Source of the DNA: Narcine bancroftii
Lineage: Eukaryota
NCBI RefSeq assembly: GCF_036971445.1
Contig: NC_091480.1
Span: forward strand, 81,902,001-81,966,000
DNA: 64,000 nucleotides
Direction: 5' to 3'
The notes under the pieces are model-generated. The model saw only the letters and a program-made list of their open reading frames with translations. It was not told where the DNA came from and ran no database searches. A program made the position numbers and the translations under genes. Shown here piece by piece: positions 12,758 to 25,890 of this stretch. Each line of letters opens with the position of its first letter. The first letter of the stretch is position 1.

Positions 12758-15700
12758 GGGAAGGGGAGAAGTCACGTGATGGAGTAGGGTAAAACCAGCC
12801 CTCTCCAGAAAAAAAGTCAAGAAAAAACTAAGGGTTCAACAAATATAAAATATAAGAAATAGAAGATAAAGTTGCAAAGAAGAGAAAGAAGATGGCGCCC
12901 AAGAAAGAAAAACTAAAAACAACGGGGAATAAAGAAGAAAAGTTACCGGAAAAGAAAGGAGAAGGCCTTACCTGCACAAAGGAACAGGGAGCCGTGGTGG
13001 CGAAGAACGTCCGTTCTCCAAGGTTGGTGCCGGCCCTGCAGAGTCGCGACCCCCCCGACCAGTGGACTGCAAAAATGAATCTCTGAGCCAAACAAAAGTG
13101 CGCAACTGCGCAATTAAAGGTAAAAGAAAACACTGTCGGGAGGGGGCTCAGCAACCACGGCGCGACCAGCTGAGGGACGCCCGACATTAGGGCTCTCAGC
13201 TGGAAGATGAGGAAGGCAGCAGGAGAGGGAGTGAGGTACCAGATGAGGAAGAAAGTTGACGGGGTAAACGGCAAGAGGAGCAGCAGCAGGAGGCCTGACA
13301 GATGAGCAGCCCAGAAGGGGAGGACCAACAGCAAGAGACCCAGCAAGAAGAGGCCCGACAAAATGATACAAGCAACTCATCAGGAAAATCAGAAGAGATA
13401 CAGATACAAAGAAGAGAAGAAGACACAAACAATGGTTTCAGACACAGAAGAAGAAAAAGACCAAGATCTTCACAGAGAAATAGAAGGTAAAACCAATGAA
13501 CAGAATATAGATAAAGTCTTTTTTGAAGAACAAATGAGAGCATTAAAAGAATGGTTATCATTAGAATTTAGTGCAATTAAAAGAAAAATGAAAACAGAAG
13601 ATAAAATGCAAAGATTAGAACTAGTCATGACAGAATTAGGGAAAAGAGTAGAAAATGTGGAAGAACGAGAAATGGCTGTAGAAATGGAAGTAAATGACTT
13701 AAGAGGAAAATTGGAAGAAAGTAACAAAAAAAATTAAAGAGACACAAGAGTTGTTACCTCAGAAAATTGATGTTTGAAAATTATAGTAGGCGATACAACA
13801 TAAAAATAGTGGGCCTGAAGGAGGGTGAAGAAGGCACAGACATGAAGGAATTTATAAAAGGATGGATCCCGAAGGTCCTGGGAATTACAGAAATGCAGGA
13901 AGAAATGGAAATAGAAAGGGCACACAGAACACTAGCTCCAAAACCGCAGATACATCAAAAACCAAGATCCATCTTAGTAAAATTTTTGAGATATATGACA
14001 AGAGAAAATATACTGGAGCGGGCAAGGAATAAAATTAGAGAAGATAATAAACCATTGGAATACAAGGGTCAAAAAATATTTTTTTACCCAGACATAAGTT
14101 TTGAACTCTTAAAGGTAGAGGAAGGAGTTTAATATAGCAAAATCGATCCTATGGAAAAAACGTTTTAAATTCATGTTAAGTCATTCAGCCGTGCTTAAAA
14201 TATTTATACCCAGGGAGCAAAACAGATTGTTCTCAGATCCAGAGGAAGCCCAAGAATTCGCAGAGCGTTTGCAGGACAGAAGGAGAGATGAAGAGATGTA
14301 ATAAAAATGAAGAATGGTGATAAAGTATATATAAAGATGTAAAAACAATGTATATGTAAAGAACTAAAGAGGGAAAAGAGAAGGGAGAGCTTTGTTATAT
14401 GTGTAAAAGAAGGTGTTTTCTGGGGGAGGGGGATTGGGGGGGGGAAGAGAATAACCGTCACTGTGAAATCAGTTGACACTTGTGTGCAAGATTGCAATCC
14501 AAATGGAAAGGGGAGTTGTGGTTGCCCGGCAAGGAAAAAGGGCCAACTCAGATGGGGGAGGGCATTTGGGGTTAAGGTAATATTGGGTGTGGGAATTCTT
14601 GGAGTATTTTATGTCTTAAATGTGTTGTCATACATTGAGTTTAAAAAGGGAAAACTGAGAGATGAAAAGGGGGATAGAGATGGTGAGGAAGCGGAAATGA
14701 GGTGTAAACAAGATATAAGATGGCCACGTTGAACTATATGACTATAAACATTAATGGAATACATAACCAAATTAAAAGGAAGAGGCTATTTACTGAAAAA
14801 ATAGATATAACATTTCTGCAGGAAACGCACCTAACTGAAGTGGAACATAACAAATTAAAGAGAGACTGGGTAGGACACGTAGCGGCAGCATCATATAATT
14901 CAAAAGCTAGAGATGTAGCCATAATTAATTAATAAAAATGTACCAATCAAAATAGAGGAGGAAATAATGGATCCAGCAGAGAGGTATGCAATGATAAACT
15001 GTCAGATATACTCTGAATTTTGGAATTTGCTCAATATATATGCACCTAATGAGGAGAATCTAATGCAGGATTTTTTTTTTTGAAGATTGTAGATACACAA
15101 GGAAATATATTTATAGGAGGGAATTTTAACCTTAATTTGGATCTAATGTTGGATAAAACTGGACAAAAGACAAGCAAAAAGAATAAAGTAGCCAAATTTA
15201 TGGTTAAATCAATGCAGAAAATGAAACTTATGGATATATGGAGGAGGCAACACCCAAGAGAGAAGGAATATTCATATTATTCGAGTAGGCATAAAACATA
15301 CTCAAGGATTGATATGTTGTTGTTGTCACCCCATATTCAAGGGAGAATTAGGAAAACTGAGTGTAAACCTAGACTACTATCTGATCATTCACTCCTGTTA
15401 TTAGCAATAGAACTGGAGGACATCCCACCAAGAACATATAGATGGAGGGTAAACTCCATGCAACTTAAAAGGCAGAAATTTAGAGAGTTTATTGAATGCC
15501 GAATTAAAACTTATTTTGAAATAAACACGGAATCAGTGAAAGACAAATTTATATTATGGGACACAATGAAAGCCTTCATTAGAGGACAGATAATAAGTTA
15601 TGTAACTAAGATGAAAAAGGACTACAATCGGGTAATAGAGCAGTTGGAAAGGGAGATAGTACAGAAAAGGAACTAGTAAAAAGGGATGATATAACAAAAA

Positions 15701-18700
15701 AGAGAATTGGCAGACAAAAAAAATAAAATACGAAACATTACAAACATACAAGGTGGAGAAGAACATAATGAAAATAAAGCAAAAGTATTACGAACTTGGA
15801 GAAAAAACACAAAATATTAGCCTGTCAACTTAAAACAGAACAGGCTAAAAGAACTGTATTGGCATCAAGGAAATAGGACAAACAAATTACATATAACCCA
15901 ATAGAGATTAGTGAAAACTTTAAGGAATTTTATGAATAATTATACCAAACTGAGAACGAGGGGAAAGATGATAAAATAGAAAAGTTTTTAGCTAAAATTG
16001 AATGCCGAAATTACAAGAAGAGGAACAAAACAAACTGATAAAACCATTTGAAATAGAGGAAGTACAGGATATATTAAAAAAGTTGCCAAACAATAAAGCA
16101 CCAGGAGAGGATGGATTACCAATAGAATTTTATAAAACATTTAAAGAGTTATTAATTCCTCCTCTCCTGGAAGTAATGAATCAGATAGAAGAAACACAAA
16201 ACTTGCCAGATTCATGTAAGACAGCAATAATTACAGTAATAACCAAAGACAGGGAAGGATCCACTAACACCAGCATCATATAGACCAATATCTCTACTTA
16301 ACTCAGATTATAAGGTAATAGCGAAATTATTAGCAAACAGATTGGCCAAATGTGTACCAAAAATAGTAAAACAAGATCAAACTGGTCTTATTAAGAAAAA
16401 ACGAACAGCGGATAATGTCTGTAAACTTATTAATCTAATTCATGCAGTTCGAGGAAATAAGCCAACAGAGGCTGTTGCTTTAGATGCAGAAAAACCCATT
16501 AACAGTAGAGTGGAACTATTTATTTAAAGTAATACTGAGGTTCAATCTACCAGAAAAATATATAAATCGGATTAAAGCATTATATAATGGTCCGTTGGCG
16601 AAGGTAACAGTAAATGGATATGTATCAAGCCAATTTAAATTAAGTAGGTCAACTAGACAGGGATGTCCATTATCCCTCTCATTGTTCACCTTAGCAATAG
16701 AACCATTGGCAGAACTGATAAGAACAGAAAATAAAATAAAAGGGATAAAAATAAAGGAGAAGGAACATAAAATCAGCTTATTTGTCGATGACATCATAGT
16801 ATACTTAACGGAGCCAGAATTACAAAAGAAATTGAAGGAATATGGAGAAATATCAGGGTACAAGATCAACGCAAATAAAAATGAAGCAATGCCAATGAGT
16901 AATGTGGATTATACAGAATTTTTAAAAATAATCACCATTTAAATGGCAAACACAAGCAATGCGATACCTAGGTATCAGGTTAGATAATAACTTAAGCCAT
17001 ATGTCAAACTAAATTATCAGCCACTCATAAAGAAATTGCAGGAAGACTTAGAACATTGGAAAGAATTACCGCTAACGTTGATAGGGATGGTAAATTGCAT
17101 TAAAATGAATGTTTTCCCAAGGATACAATACTTATTTCAATCGTTACCAATTCCCTTGACAGAAAAATTCTTTAATGAACTAAAGAGAATAATAAGGAAA
17201 TTCTTATGGAAAGGGGGGAAACCGAGGATAGCTTTAGATAAATTAACAGAGAGGTATAACCAAGGTGGTTTGCAGTTACCAAATTTTAAAAATTATTATA
17301 GAGCCGCACAATTAAGGTACTTATCAGATTTTTACCAGGTAAGGGAAAAACAAGACTGGACTAAGATAGAACTAGATAAAATAGGAAAGAAGGTACCAGA
17401 ACATATACTTTATAAGTGGGATGAAAAGCTGGTGCAATATAAATGCTCACCAGTATTGCATCATTTACTTAATATATGGAAGAAGATCCACTTAGAAAGG
17501 AAAAAAAATGAATTACCAAATACCAAAATTGTTATTGACACAAAACCCACTAATCCCTTTTACAATAGATAACCTTTCCTTTAGAGAATGGGAGAGAAAA
17601 GGAATCAAAAGAACAGAAAATTGTTTTTTGGGAAATAATTTATTAACATTTGAACAGTTGAAGTACAAATATGGAATAACTCATGGTACAATGTTTGCAT
17701 ATCATCAACTGAAAACTATTTAAAGGATAAATTGGGATACAGATTGAGATTACCAGAAGGAAGCAGCTTTGAATATGTGATTACAAACACAATGATAATT
17801 AAAAGATTTATAACGAACATGTACATCAAGCTGCAAGATAAGGAAAATGATGAAATAAGCTATAAACCTAAACAAAAGTGGGAAAAGGATTTAAACATAA
17901 AGATAAAAAGTGAAGCATGGGAAAAGCTCTGGAACTATGAAGAATATAATAAATACGAGGTTACGCATAATACAGTATAATTGGTTACACAGGTTATATA
18001 TCACGCCTCAAAAGTTAAAAGAATGAGATCCAACATTATCAGATAGATGTTTTCGCTGTAAGAAGGTAATGGGAACAACAGTACATGCAATTTGGGCATG
18101 TACGAAAGTGAATATGTTTTGGGAAGATCTAAATCAGATATTAAATAAAATCACAAAAAATAACATACCAAAAAATCTTTCTTCTAAGTAATATAAGAGG
18201 TAAGGAATTAAGCCTCAAATTGGATAAAGCGCAAAAAAGATTTATTATGATAGCCTTAGCAGTAGCAAAAAAATGTATAATGTCAACTTGGAAGTCAGAA
18301 GAGAGCCTGAGAATGCAACATTGGTACATGGAAATGAATAAATGTATTCCATTGGAAAAAATAACATATAATTTAAAAAATAAAGTCACATTATTTGAAC
18401 AAATTTGGGAACCATACATGGAACATAACAGAGAGGGCTTGCCTCGGACCTCCATCCCCTAAAATGATAAGAAGACAAAACGACTTGATTTAGTGTATAA
18501 AAGTAGATGACACATTTTTCTTGTTTATTTTTCATTGTGTGAAGACATTGTTTTATGGTTTTATTGTATTGTATATGTTGAATATTTATTGGTTTTTGAG
18601 GGGGGGAAAAGGGAGAAAATGCCTTTGTATATATTTAATGACAAATGTTTGTATATACTTTGGTTGATCTGGTTCAAAGTGTGCAAAATAAAAAAATTAT

Positions 18701-18708
18701 ACAAAAAA
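12758..18708 (+). mobile_element. Full-length but frameshifted L1-clade LINE in PGAP3 intron 3, sense orientation
   Basis: ORF1 from 12892 (MAPKKEK..., coiled coil, IERAHR, FFYPD). ORF2 from 14720 with APE motifs (NINGI, LQETHL, YSRID, SDH), RT motifs (QGCPLS, FVDD) and a Cys-rich C-terminus to 18462. A-rich tail. TSD AAGATCA(A/T)G at 12749-12757 and 18709-18717. Confidence 0.93.
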
Positions 18709-18940
18709 AAGATCATGAGAAGGGACTTCAGTCACATCAGCAACATTCCCCAATAACTGTGTTCCTTGAAGAAGGGTTCATGCCCATAATCGCTTATATA
18801 GCGAGATCTGAGTTGCGCCAGCATCTTTGACTTTTTACTACAATCATAGCATCTGCAGACTTTTGTGCTTCACTGAGTGTAGCTGGGACCTTGTTCCAAT
18901 TACTGTTTGAAGTGAAGGGGTATCCTCTCTGTTCTTGCAG

Positions 18941-19003
18941 GTCACCCTCAATGCCTGGATTTGGTCCACCGTGTTCCACATACGCGACACTGCTCTAACA
19001 GAA
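18941..19003 (+). CDS. PGAP3: PGAP3 coding exon 4
   Basis: TTGCAG acceptor. Encodes VTLNAWIWSTVFHIRDTALTE, containing the CREST SxxxH motif. Donor GTGAGT. Not in the ORF track. Confidence 0.95.
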
Positions 19004-19085
19004 GTGAGTAGTCATGTCCCAGGTACTTTGACCTTGTTCTGACCTTTCAAAATGTTTGTGATTTATCTTCATTTTAATCTTGCAG

Positions 19086-19147
19086 AAACTGGATTACTTC
19101 TGTGCCTCAGCCGTGGTGCTTTATTCCATTTACCTGTGCTGTGTGCG
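19086..19147 (+). CDS. PGAP3: PGAP3 coding exon 5
   Basis: Follows an 82-nt intron. Encodes KLDYFCASAVVLYSIYLCCV(R). Donor CG|GTGAGT, phase 2. Confidence 0.95.
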
Positions 19148-19794
19148 GTGAGTATCTAACATCAGGATCCCATGTATTATGCTACCAGAACCTTGTACTA
19201 CATTTCCACAACACACTCCACCATCATCAACATGGAGCGAGAAATGAAAGAGGAGAGGGCAGGGGAGAGATGCAAGGTGGGTGAGCTGTTTTGGAATCTG
19301 CTTGAAGGTGATTTGAAGGAATAGCTCTGAGCCATACAGAGGCATTAGGATGTTTGATAGGTCAGCCAGGGCTAAAAGCTGTGGATAATTTCCTTATGGT
19401 GTTTGCTGACCCATACTGTTCAATTGTTACTGTAACCAGGGCCCAAATGTTCAGAACATAGAACATTACCGTACAGGTCATTCGATCCACGATGTTGTGC
19501 CGACCGATATAAACCTACTCAACAATCTAAACCTTCCCTGCCTCACACCCTCTATTTTTCTTGCATCATGTGCCTATCTAAGAGTCTTTTAAATGTCCTG
19601 ATTGTACCTTCCTCCACCTCCACCCATGTCAATGCATTTCAGGAACCCACCACTCCCAGTGGGTAAAAAGAAACATACCCCTGACATCTCCCTAAACTTT
19701 ACTTCCCTCATCTTAAACAGTATTTACTACTGTCTCACCAGGAAAAGGTGCTGGCTGTCCACCTATCTATGCATCTCATAATCTTGTAGTCCTG

Positions 19795-21000
19795 AGGATC
19801 CGTTGTTAAATAAAAGTTGGCAAATATTATCACAAGTAGGATAGACAGGGGAGATGCAATGGATGTTGGGTATTTGGACTTTTAAAAGACCCTTTGACAA
19901 GTTGCCATACATAGGCTGCTAAACATGATGAGATCCCATGGAATTATAAGAAAGATACTCGCAGGGGTAGAGCATTGGCTGGTTGGCAGTAGGAATAAAG
20001 GGATCCTATTCTGGTTGCTACTGGTTACCAATTTTGTTCCACAGAGGTCGGTGTTGGGGCCGCTTCTTTTTACCTTGTATAGAAATTATAGATGACTTCA
20101 TGGCTAAATTTGCGAAGGATAGGGAAATAGGAGATCGAGTGGGTGCTGCTGAGGATACTGAAAGGCTGCAGAGAGACTTGGATAGATAGGGAGAATGGGC
20201 AATGAAATACTATGTTAGGAAGTGTACAGTCATAAATGCTAGAAGAAATAGATGGGCAGAGTATTATTTAGATGGGGGGGGATTCAAATTCCGAGGTGCA
20301 AAGGGACTTGGGAGTCCTCGAGCAGGATACCCTAAAGGTTAACCTCTAGGTTGAGTCGGTGGTGAAGAAGGAAAATACAATGTTAGAATTCATTTCTGGA
20401 GGAAGAGCATACAAGAGAAGTGATATAATGTTGAGACTCTACAAAGCACTGGTGAGACCTCACTGGGAGTACTCTGTACAGTTTGGGTACCTTATTTGAG
20501 AAAAGACATACTGGCATTAGAGAGGGTTCAGAGAAGATTTACTAGAATTGTACCAGGAATGAAAGGGTTAGTATATGAGTAAACAATTGTTGGTTCTTGG
20601 ACTGAACTTGTAGTAGTACAGAGGATGAGTGGGGACTTCATAGAGGCATTTTGAATGCTGAAAGGCCTGGATAGAGTAGATGTGGCAAGGTTGTTTCCCA
20701 TGGGAGGGGAGTCTAGGACAAGAGAGCATAACTTCAGGATAAAAGGGCATCAATTTAAAACAGGTGCAGAAACAATACTTTAGTCAGAGGGTCATGATTC
20801 TGTGGCACATAGCCACAGTCTGCTGTAGAAGTGAGGCTGTTGGGTGTAATTAAGGCAGAGATTGACAGGTGTTTGATTAGTCAGGGCATCAAGGGTTACA
20901 GGGAGAAAGCTGGGGAGTGGAGCTGAGTGGGAGGATGGATCAGCTCATGGTTAGAATGGTGGGGCAGACTCAATGGGCCTACTTCTGTTCTATATCTTGT
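19795..21000 (+). mobile_element. Decayed CR1 LINE, RT and 3' region
   Basis: Fragmentary CR1 RT motifs (YLDF-like, KFAKD, LQRDLDR, RDLGVL) with many stops. It interrupts another repeat. Boundaries approximate. Confidence 0.75.
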
Positions 21001-21281
21001 GACTTGTGACCTCTATTAAGGCACCATGCACCCTTCTTCACTCCAAAGAGAAAAGCCCTCGCTCAGTTAACCTTGCCTCATAATCTATCTTTATACTCCA
21101 GGTTGATCCAACTCTCTGACTAACAGAGCATAATGAGCCTCATGCCCTTAGTACCCCACCTATAGAAGCTCTTCTCGAGGGCCCCTCTTCTGAAGAGCAG
21201 GAGACTGGAACAGTCTCATAGGATTTGCCTGGCACACGCTACTGGAATCTTGCTGGTCATCTCCATGTGTTTCCTCTCTAG

Positions 21282-21418
21282 GACTGTGGGTCTGCTCCAT
21301 CCCAGGATGGCCAATCTCTTTGGGACACTGCTAATTGTGTTATTCACCTGTCATATCTGGTACCTTACCTACGTGCAGTTTGATTATGGCTACAACATGG
21401 CTGCCAATGTTTTAATAG
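21282..21418 (+). CDS. PGAP3: PGAP3 coding exon 6
   Basis: TCTCTAG acceptor. Encodes TVGLLHPRMANLFG...FDYGYNMAANVLI(G). Donor G|GTGAGA. 137 nt. Confidence 0.95.
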
Positions 21419-21529
21419 GTGAGAGAGACGACATAGAATCCAACCTGTTCATTAACTATAAATGCTTCTTTCCTGTGTTTACAAACTCTGCAGTGAATAG
21501 GAGCATTACTCAATCACAACCAGTGTTGT

Positions 21530-21775
21530 AGTAAAATATGAAAGTCTGCACACACCATGGTTGAAGTTAAAACTCAATGCTGGAGAAACTCAGCTGGTTA
21601 AACCGTGTACTTCATGTAGCAAAGATAAAGATACATAACCGACGTTTCAGGTGTGAGCCCTTCATCAAGGTTTGAGCAAAATGTAAGTAGGCGCCCTTGA
21701 TGAAGGGCTCACACCTGAAACGTCGGTTATGTATCTTTATCTTTGCTACATGAAGCACAGCGTTGTGTTTTTATA
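21530..21775. mobile_element. Palindromic interspersed repeat, probably derived from a Penelope-like element terminus
   Basis: Perfect 61-bp inverted arms at 21610-21670 and 21695-21755. Related copies at ~18770-18870, ~34400-34495, ~41440-41710 and ~47058-47200. The family assignment is an inference. Confidence 0.65.
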
Positions 21776-22392
21776 ACCTGTGCTGTTCCTGTCCAGGGAG
21801 TATGATCAGGTAGTGCAGAAGAAACTTAGTTGCATGTGGCTAAAGTTTACTCTGTGTCAGCCTGTGCATATTTTTTTTGTTGTTTATTTGTTTTTTATTT
21901 TTAAAATGATTTTATTTAAAGCAGCAACAACATTAACCTCCCTCTGCACCAGGTGCTGGCCATCTCCTCTAAACTGTCCGTACTCTGGGACTGTGTGTGG
22001 CACGATACTTTGTGTTCACCCCCTCATCTGCAGGATTCAGACTGAGGAGAAGTATTTACTTGCTCAAGTCACGAGAACATTGCTGGTGATGCCATCATTT
22101 ATTTCTTCCTAGTTGCCCCTGGACATGAAGCTGTTGAGACCCATCCACACTTGTATGAAGTTGCTTTCAAAACCAAGGTGGTACATTCATTGACTTGAGG
22201 GGTAATAAATCTGTGATGTTTTCAATGTGGATTCAAATGATTACGTAGGGACAAGCACGAGATTGGTTCTGAGGTCCCTTGGGTACGAGGCACAGGCGGG
22301 CAAGTGGAGTTTCTGCAGAATGCTGAGCCTCCGGTTCCTTGATGAAATGTTTGGGTCCTGATGTTCTGCTGCTACTTGCTGTGTGTTTTCAG

Positions 22393-22597
22393 GACTGATG
22401 AATGTACTGTGGTGGCTGGGCTGGTGCCTGCGAAACCGCACCCGACTGCCCTACGTATGGAAGTGTGCGGTGGTTATGGTGATGCTGCATGGACTGACTC
22501 TCCTCGAGCTGCTGGACTTCCCCCCACTGCTGTGGGTGTTTGATGCCCATGCCATCTGGCATTTCAGCACCATCCCCGTGCCGTTCCTGTTCTATAG
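22393..22597 (+). CDS. PGAP3: PGAP3 coding exon 7
   Basis: TTTTCAG acceptor. Encodes [11 protein letters not shown]...[31 protein letters not shown], containing the HxxWH motif. Donor AG|GTCAGT. 205 nt. Confidence 0.95.
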
Positions 22598-22689
22598 GTC
22601 AGTGATCAAACAGCCTCTCCTAACTCTCAGCACGAACAAGTACTGGGCTCGCTAGCCCCGAGGCAGCTTGTGGAATGCTTTACTAAATA

Positions 22690-25600
22690 GTAGGGCAGTG
22701 GGTTCAACAGATTGGAGAGGGATGGATAAAGTAAAAGCAAAAGTTAAAAAAGAAAGATGTAAGAGTAGAGAGGATAAAAGTCAAATGCGAAAGAGGCGAG
22801 GATGGCCAAATTTTAAAAGCACAATGAGAATAAGGACAGTTTAGTATTCGAAACAAAGTGGCACAAATTAGTAGAAAGGAGTATGATTTAGTGGCCATTA
22901 CAGAAACATGCTTGGAGGGTGGAGAGGATTGAGAATTAAATATTCAATGATATCAGGTATTATGGAAGTACAGCCAGGAAAGTGAGGTGGGATAGCACTC
23001 TTGGTCAATGAGAGATGATGTAAGATCTAAGGAGCAAAATGTTTGGATAGAGATTAGGAATAGCAAAGGGGGGGGAAAAAAATCACTGGCTGGAGTTGTC
23101 TATGGGCCACTCAATAATAATATTACAGTGGCACAGGCAATAAATCAAGAAATATCTGAGATAAAGATAGAACAGCAATTATCAGGGGGAACTTTAACAT
23201 GCACATAGACGGGGTGAATCAGGTTGGTCGAGGCAACCTTGAGGAGGACTTCACAGAATGCATCTGTGATAGCTTTCTTGAATAGAATGTTACTGAACCG
23301 ACAAGGCAACATGTTGGATCTGATCCTGTGCAATGAGTCAGGTAAAATTAGCGATTGTAGTTAGGGATCCTCTTGGAAAGAACGATCACAGTATGATACA
23401 AATGGAGGGTACAGCCAGTGTGTTATACCTAAACAAGGGAAACTACAAGGAGATGAGAGAGGAGTTGGCTAGAGTAGACTGGGAACACAGGCAATATGGT
23501 CAGACAGTTGAGAAACAGTAGAGGACTTTCAAAGAGATTTTTCTCAGGGCTCAATAAAAGTGTATTCCTGTTATAAACAAAGACAGCCTTGGATAATGAA
23601 GGAAATAAAGGAGGGCATCAAACTAAAAGCTCGTGCATACAAAGTTGCCAAGAGCAGTGGGAAACTAGAAGATTGGGAAAACTTTTAAATGCAACAAAGA
23701 ACCATGAAGCGAGCAATGAGGAGAGGGAAGGTAGATTATGAAAAAAAGATTAGCACAAAATATAAAAATGGAGAGTAAAGGTTTTTATAATTATATTAAA
23801 CAGAAGAGTAGTTAAAATGAAGGTTGGGCCCTTGGAGGATGAGAAGGGAGATAATGTTGAATAATGAGAAAATGGCTGAGGCTTTGAATGTCGGTCTTCA
23901 CGGTGGAGGACACATCTATCATGCCAAAGACAGATGTTTTGGATGTGATGGGAGGTGGGGCCCTGGATGCAATAGCTATTACTAAAGAGGTCATACTGAG
24001 CAAAACTGTGGATCTAAAGATAGATAAATCCCCTAGTCCTGATGGAATGCATCCCAGGATACTAAAAGAAATAGCAGATGTTCTAGTCGAGGCTTTGGTG
24101 ATAATTTGCCAAAATTCTCTGGACAGGTCCCAGTGGATTGGAAGACAGCGAATGTCAAATCAATATTCAAAAAGGGATGTAGACAAAAAGCAGGGAACTA
24201 TATAGTCCAGTTAGTTTAACACAGGTTTTTAAACTGCCCCACTAAACTCACATTTCACCTAAAGCAAACCCGATGCCTTAAACATTATGTGATTGGTAAG
24301 GGATTGCTTAAGGTGGTATGTGAGTGGGAAGGGAAGGTTGAGAACCACTGCTCTAGACCCAATTGTTACTGAAATATTTTGCTTGAGAAAAATTGTCATT
24401 GGCCTATTTCCTTTGGAGTTATGATCCTGAACATAATGAGTCAATTAAGTACTATTAAGAGTGGTTTTCAAACTTTCTTTCCACTCATATACTACCTTAA
24501 GTAATCCCTTACTAATTATAGAGCACCTATGGCATAGGGATTACTTAAGGTGGAATGTGAGTTTAGGGGGTAGTTTGAAAACCACTGGTTTAACATCTGA
24601 GTTGGGAAAATGCTTGAAGCTGTCATTAAAGAAGAAATAGCGAGGCATCTGGAATGAAATGGATCCATCAGGCAGACGCAGCATGGAGTCAGCAAAGGTA
24701 GGTCATATTTGACAAACTGGATTTGTTTGAGGATAGGATGAGGGCAATAGATAGAGGGGAGCAGATGGGCGCCGTGTACCTGGATTTCCAGAAAGCTTTC
24801 AATAAGGTAAAAAGACTTGTACAAACAATAAGGGTGCATAGAGTTGGGGGTGATGTATTAACATGATGGAGGATAGGTTAACTAATAGAAAGCAGAGAGT
24901 TGGAATACAGGTGTGTTTTTCTGGTTGGCAGTCAGTGGTGAGCAAGGAGCCACAGGGGTTGGTGCTGGGCCCACCACTGTTCACGATCTACAGTAATGAT
25001 CTGGAGAGGGGACACAGTGTTGTGTATCTACGTTCACTGATGACACTAAATTGAGTGCAAAAGCAAATTTGCAAAGGATACAGAGAATCTGTAGAGAGAT
25101 ATACAGTAGTTAGGTTAAGTGAATGGACAAATGTCTGGCAGATGGAATATAATGTTGGTAAATGTATCCACTTTGAAAGGAGAAATGGAAGATCAGATTA
25201 TTATTTAAATGGCAAGTGATTGCACCATGCTGCTCTGCAGAAGGACTTAGGAGTGCTTGTGCATGAATCGCAAAAGGTTGGATTTCAGGTGCAGCCGGCT
25301 GTCAAGAAGGCAAATGGAATGTTGGCCTTCGTTGCTGGAAGGATTGAATTTAGGAGCAGGGAGGTTATTCTGCAATTGTACATGGTACTGGTGAGGCTGC
25401 ATCTGGAGAATCGTGTACAGTTCTGGTCTCCTTACTCAAGGAAGGATGTACTGGCTTTGGAGGTGGTGCAGAGGAGGTTCACCAGGTTGATTCTAGAGAT
25501 TAGGGTGTTAGCCTATGAGGAGAGATTGAGTCGTCTGGGGCTGTACTTACTGGAATTTAGAATAATGAGATGGAATTTTTTAAAGAAATTAAGGATATAG

Positions 25601-25890
25601 ATAAGATAGAGGCAGGTAAGTTGTTTCTATTGGTAGGGAAGACCAAAACTAAGGGACATAGCCTCAAGATTCAGAGTAGTAGATTTAGAATGATGAGGAG
25701 GAACTGCTTTTCCCAGAGGGTGGTGAATCTGATGAACTGGCTGTCCATTGAAGCAGTGGCAGCCAACTCAGTAAATCTAAGACAAGGTTGGATCGATTTT
25801 TACATAGTAGGGAAATTAAGGGACATGGGGAAAGCAGGTAGGTGGAGATGATCTTATCATCCATGATCAGCCATGATCTCATTTGAAGCA
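22690..25890 (+). mobile_element. Decayed CR1 LINE ORF2 (endonuclease, RT, 3' end) in PGAP3 intron 7
   Basis: Fragments AITET, VVYGP, KSPSPDGMHPRILKE, PQGLVLGPPLFTIY and KDLGVLVHES. Many disablements. Interrupted by a hAT element. Confidence 0.85.
24222..24587. mobile_element. Non-autonomous composite hAT element nested in CR1
   Basis: Exact 8-bp TSD GTTTAACA (24214-24221, 24588-24595). Termini CAG...AACCACTG. Built from two ~129-bp MITE units. Partial related units at ~31405-31481 and ~34497-34587. Confidence 0.85.
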
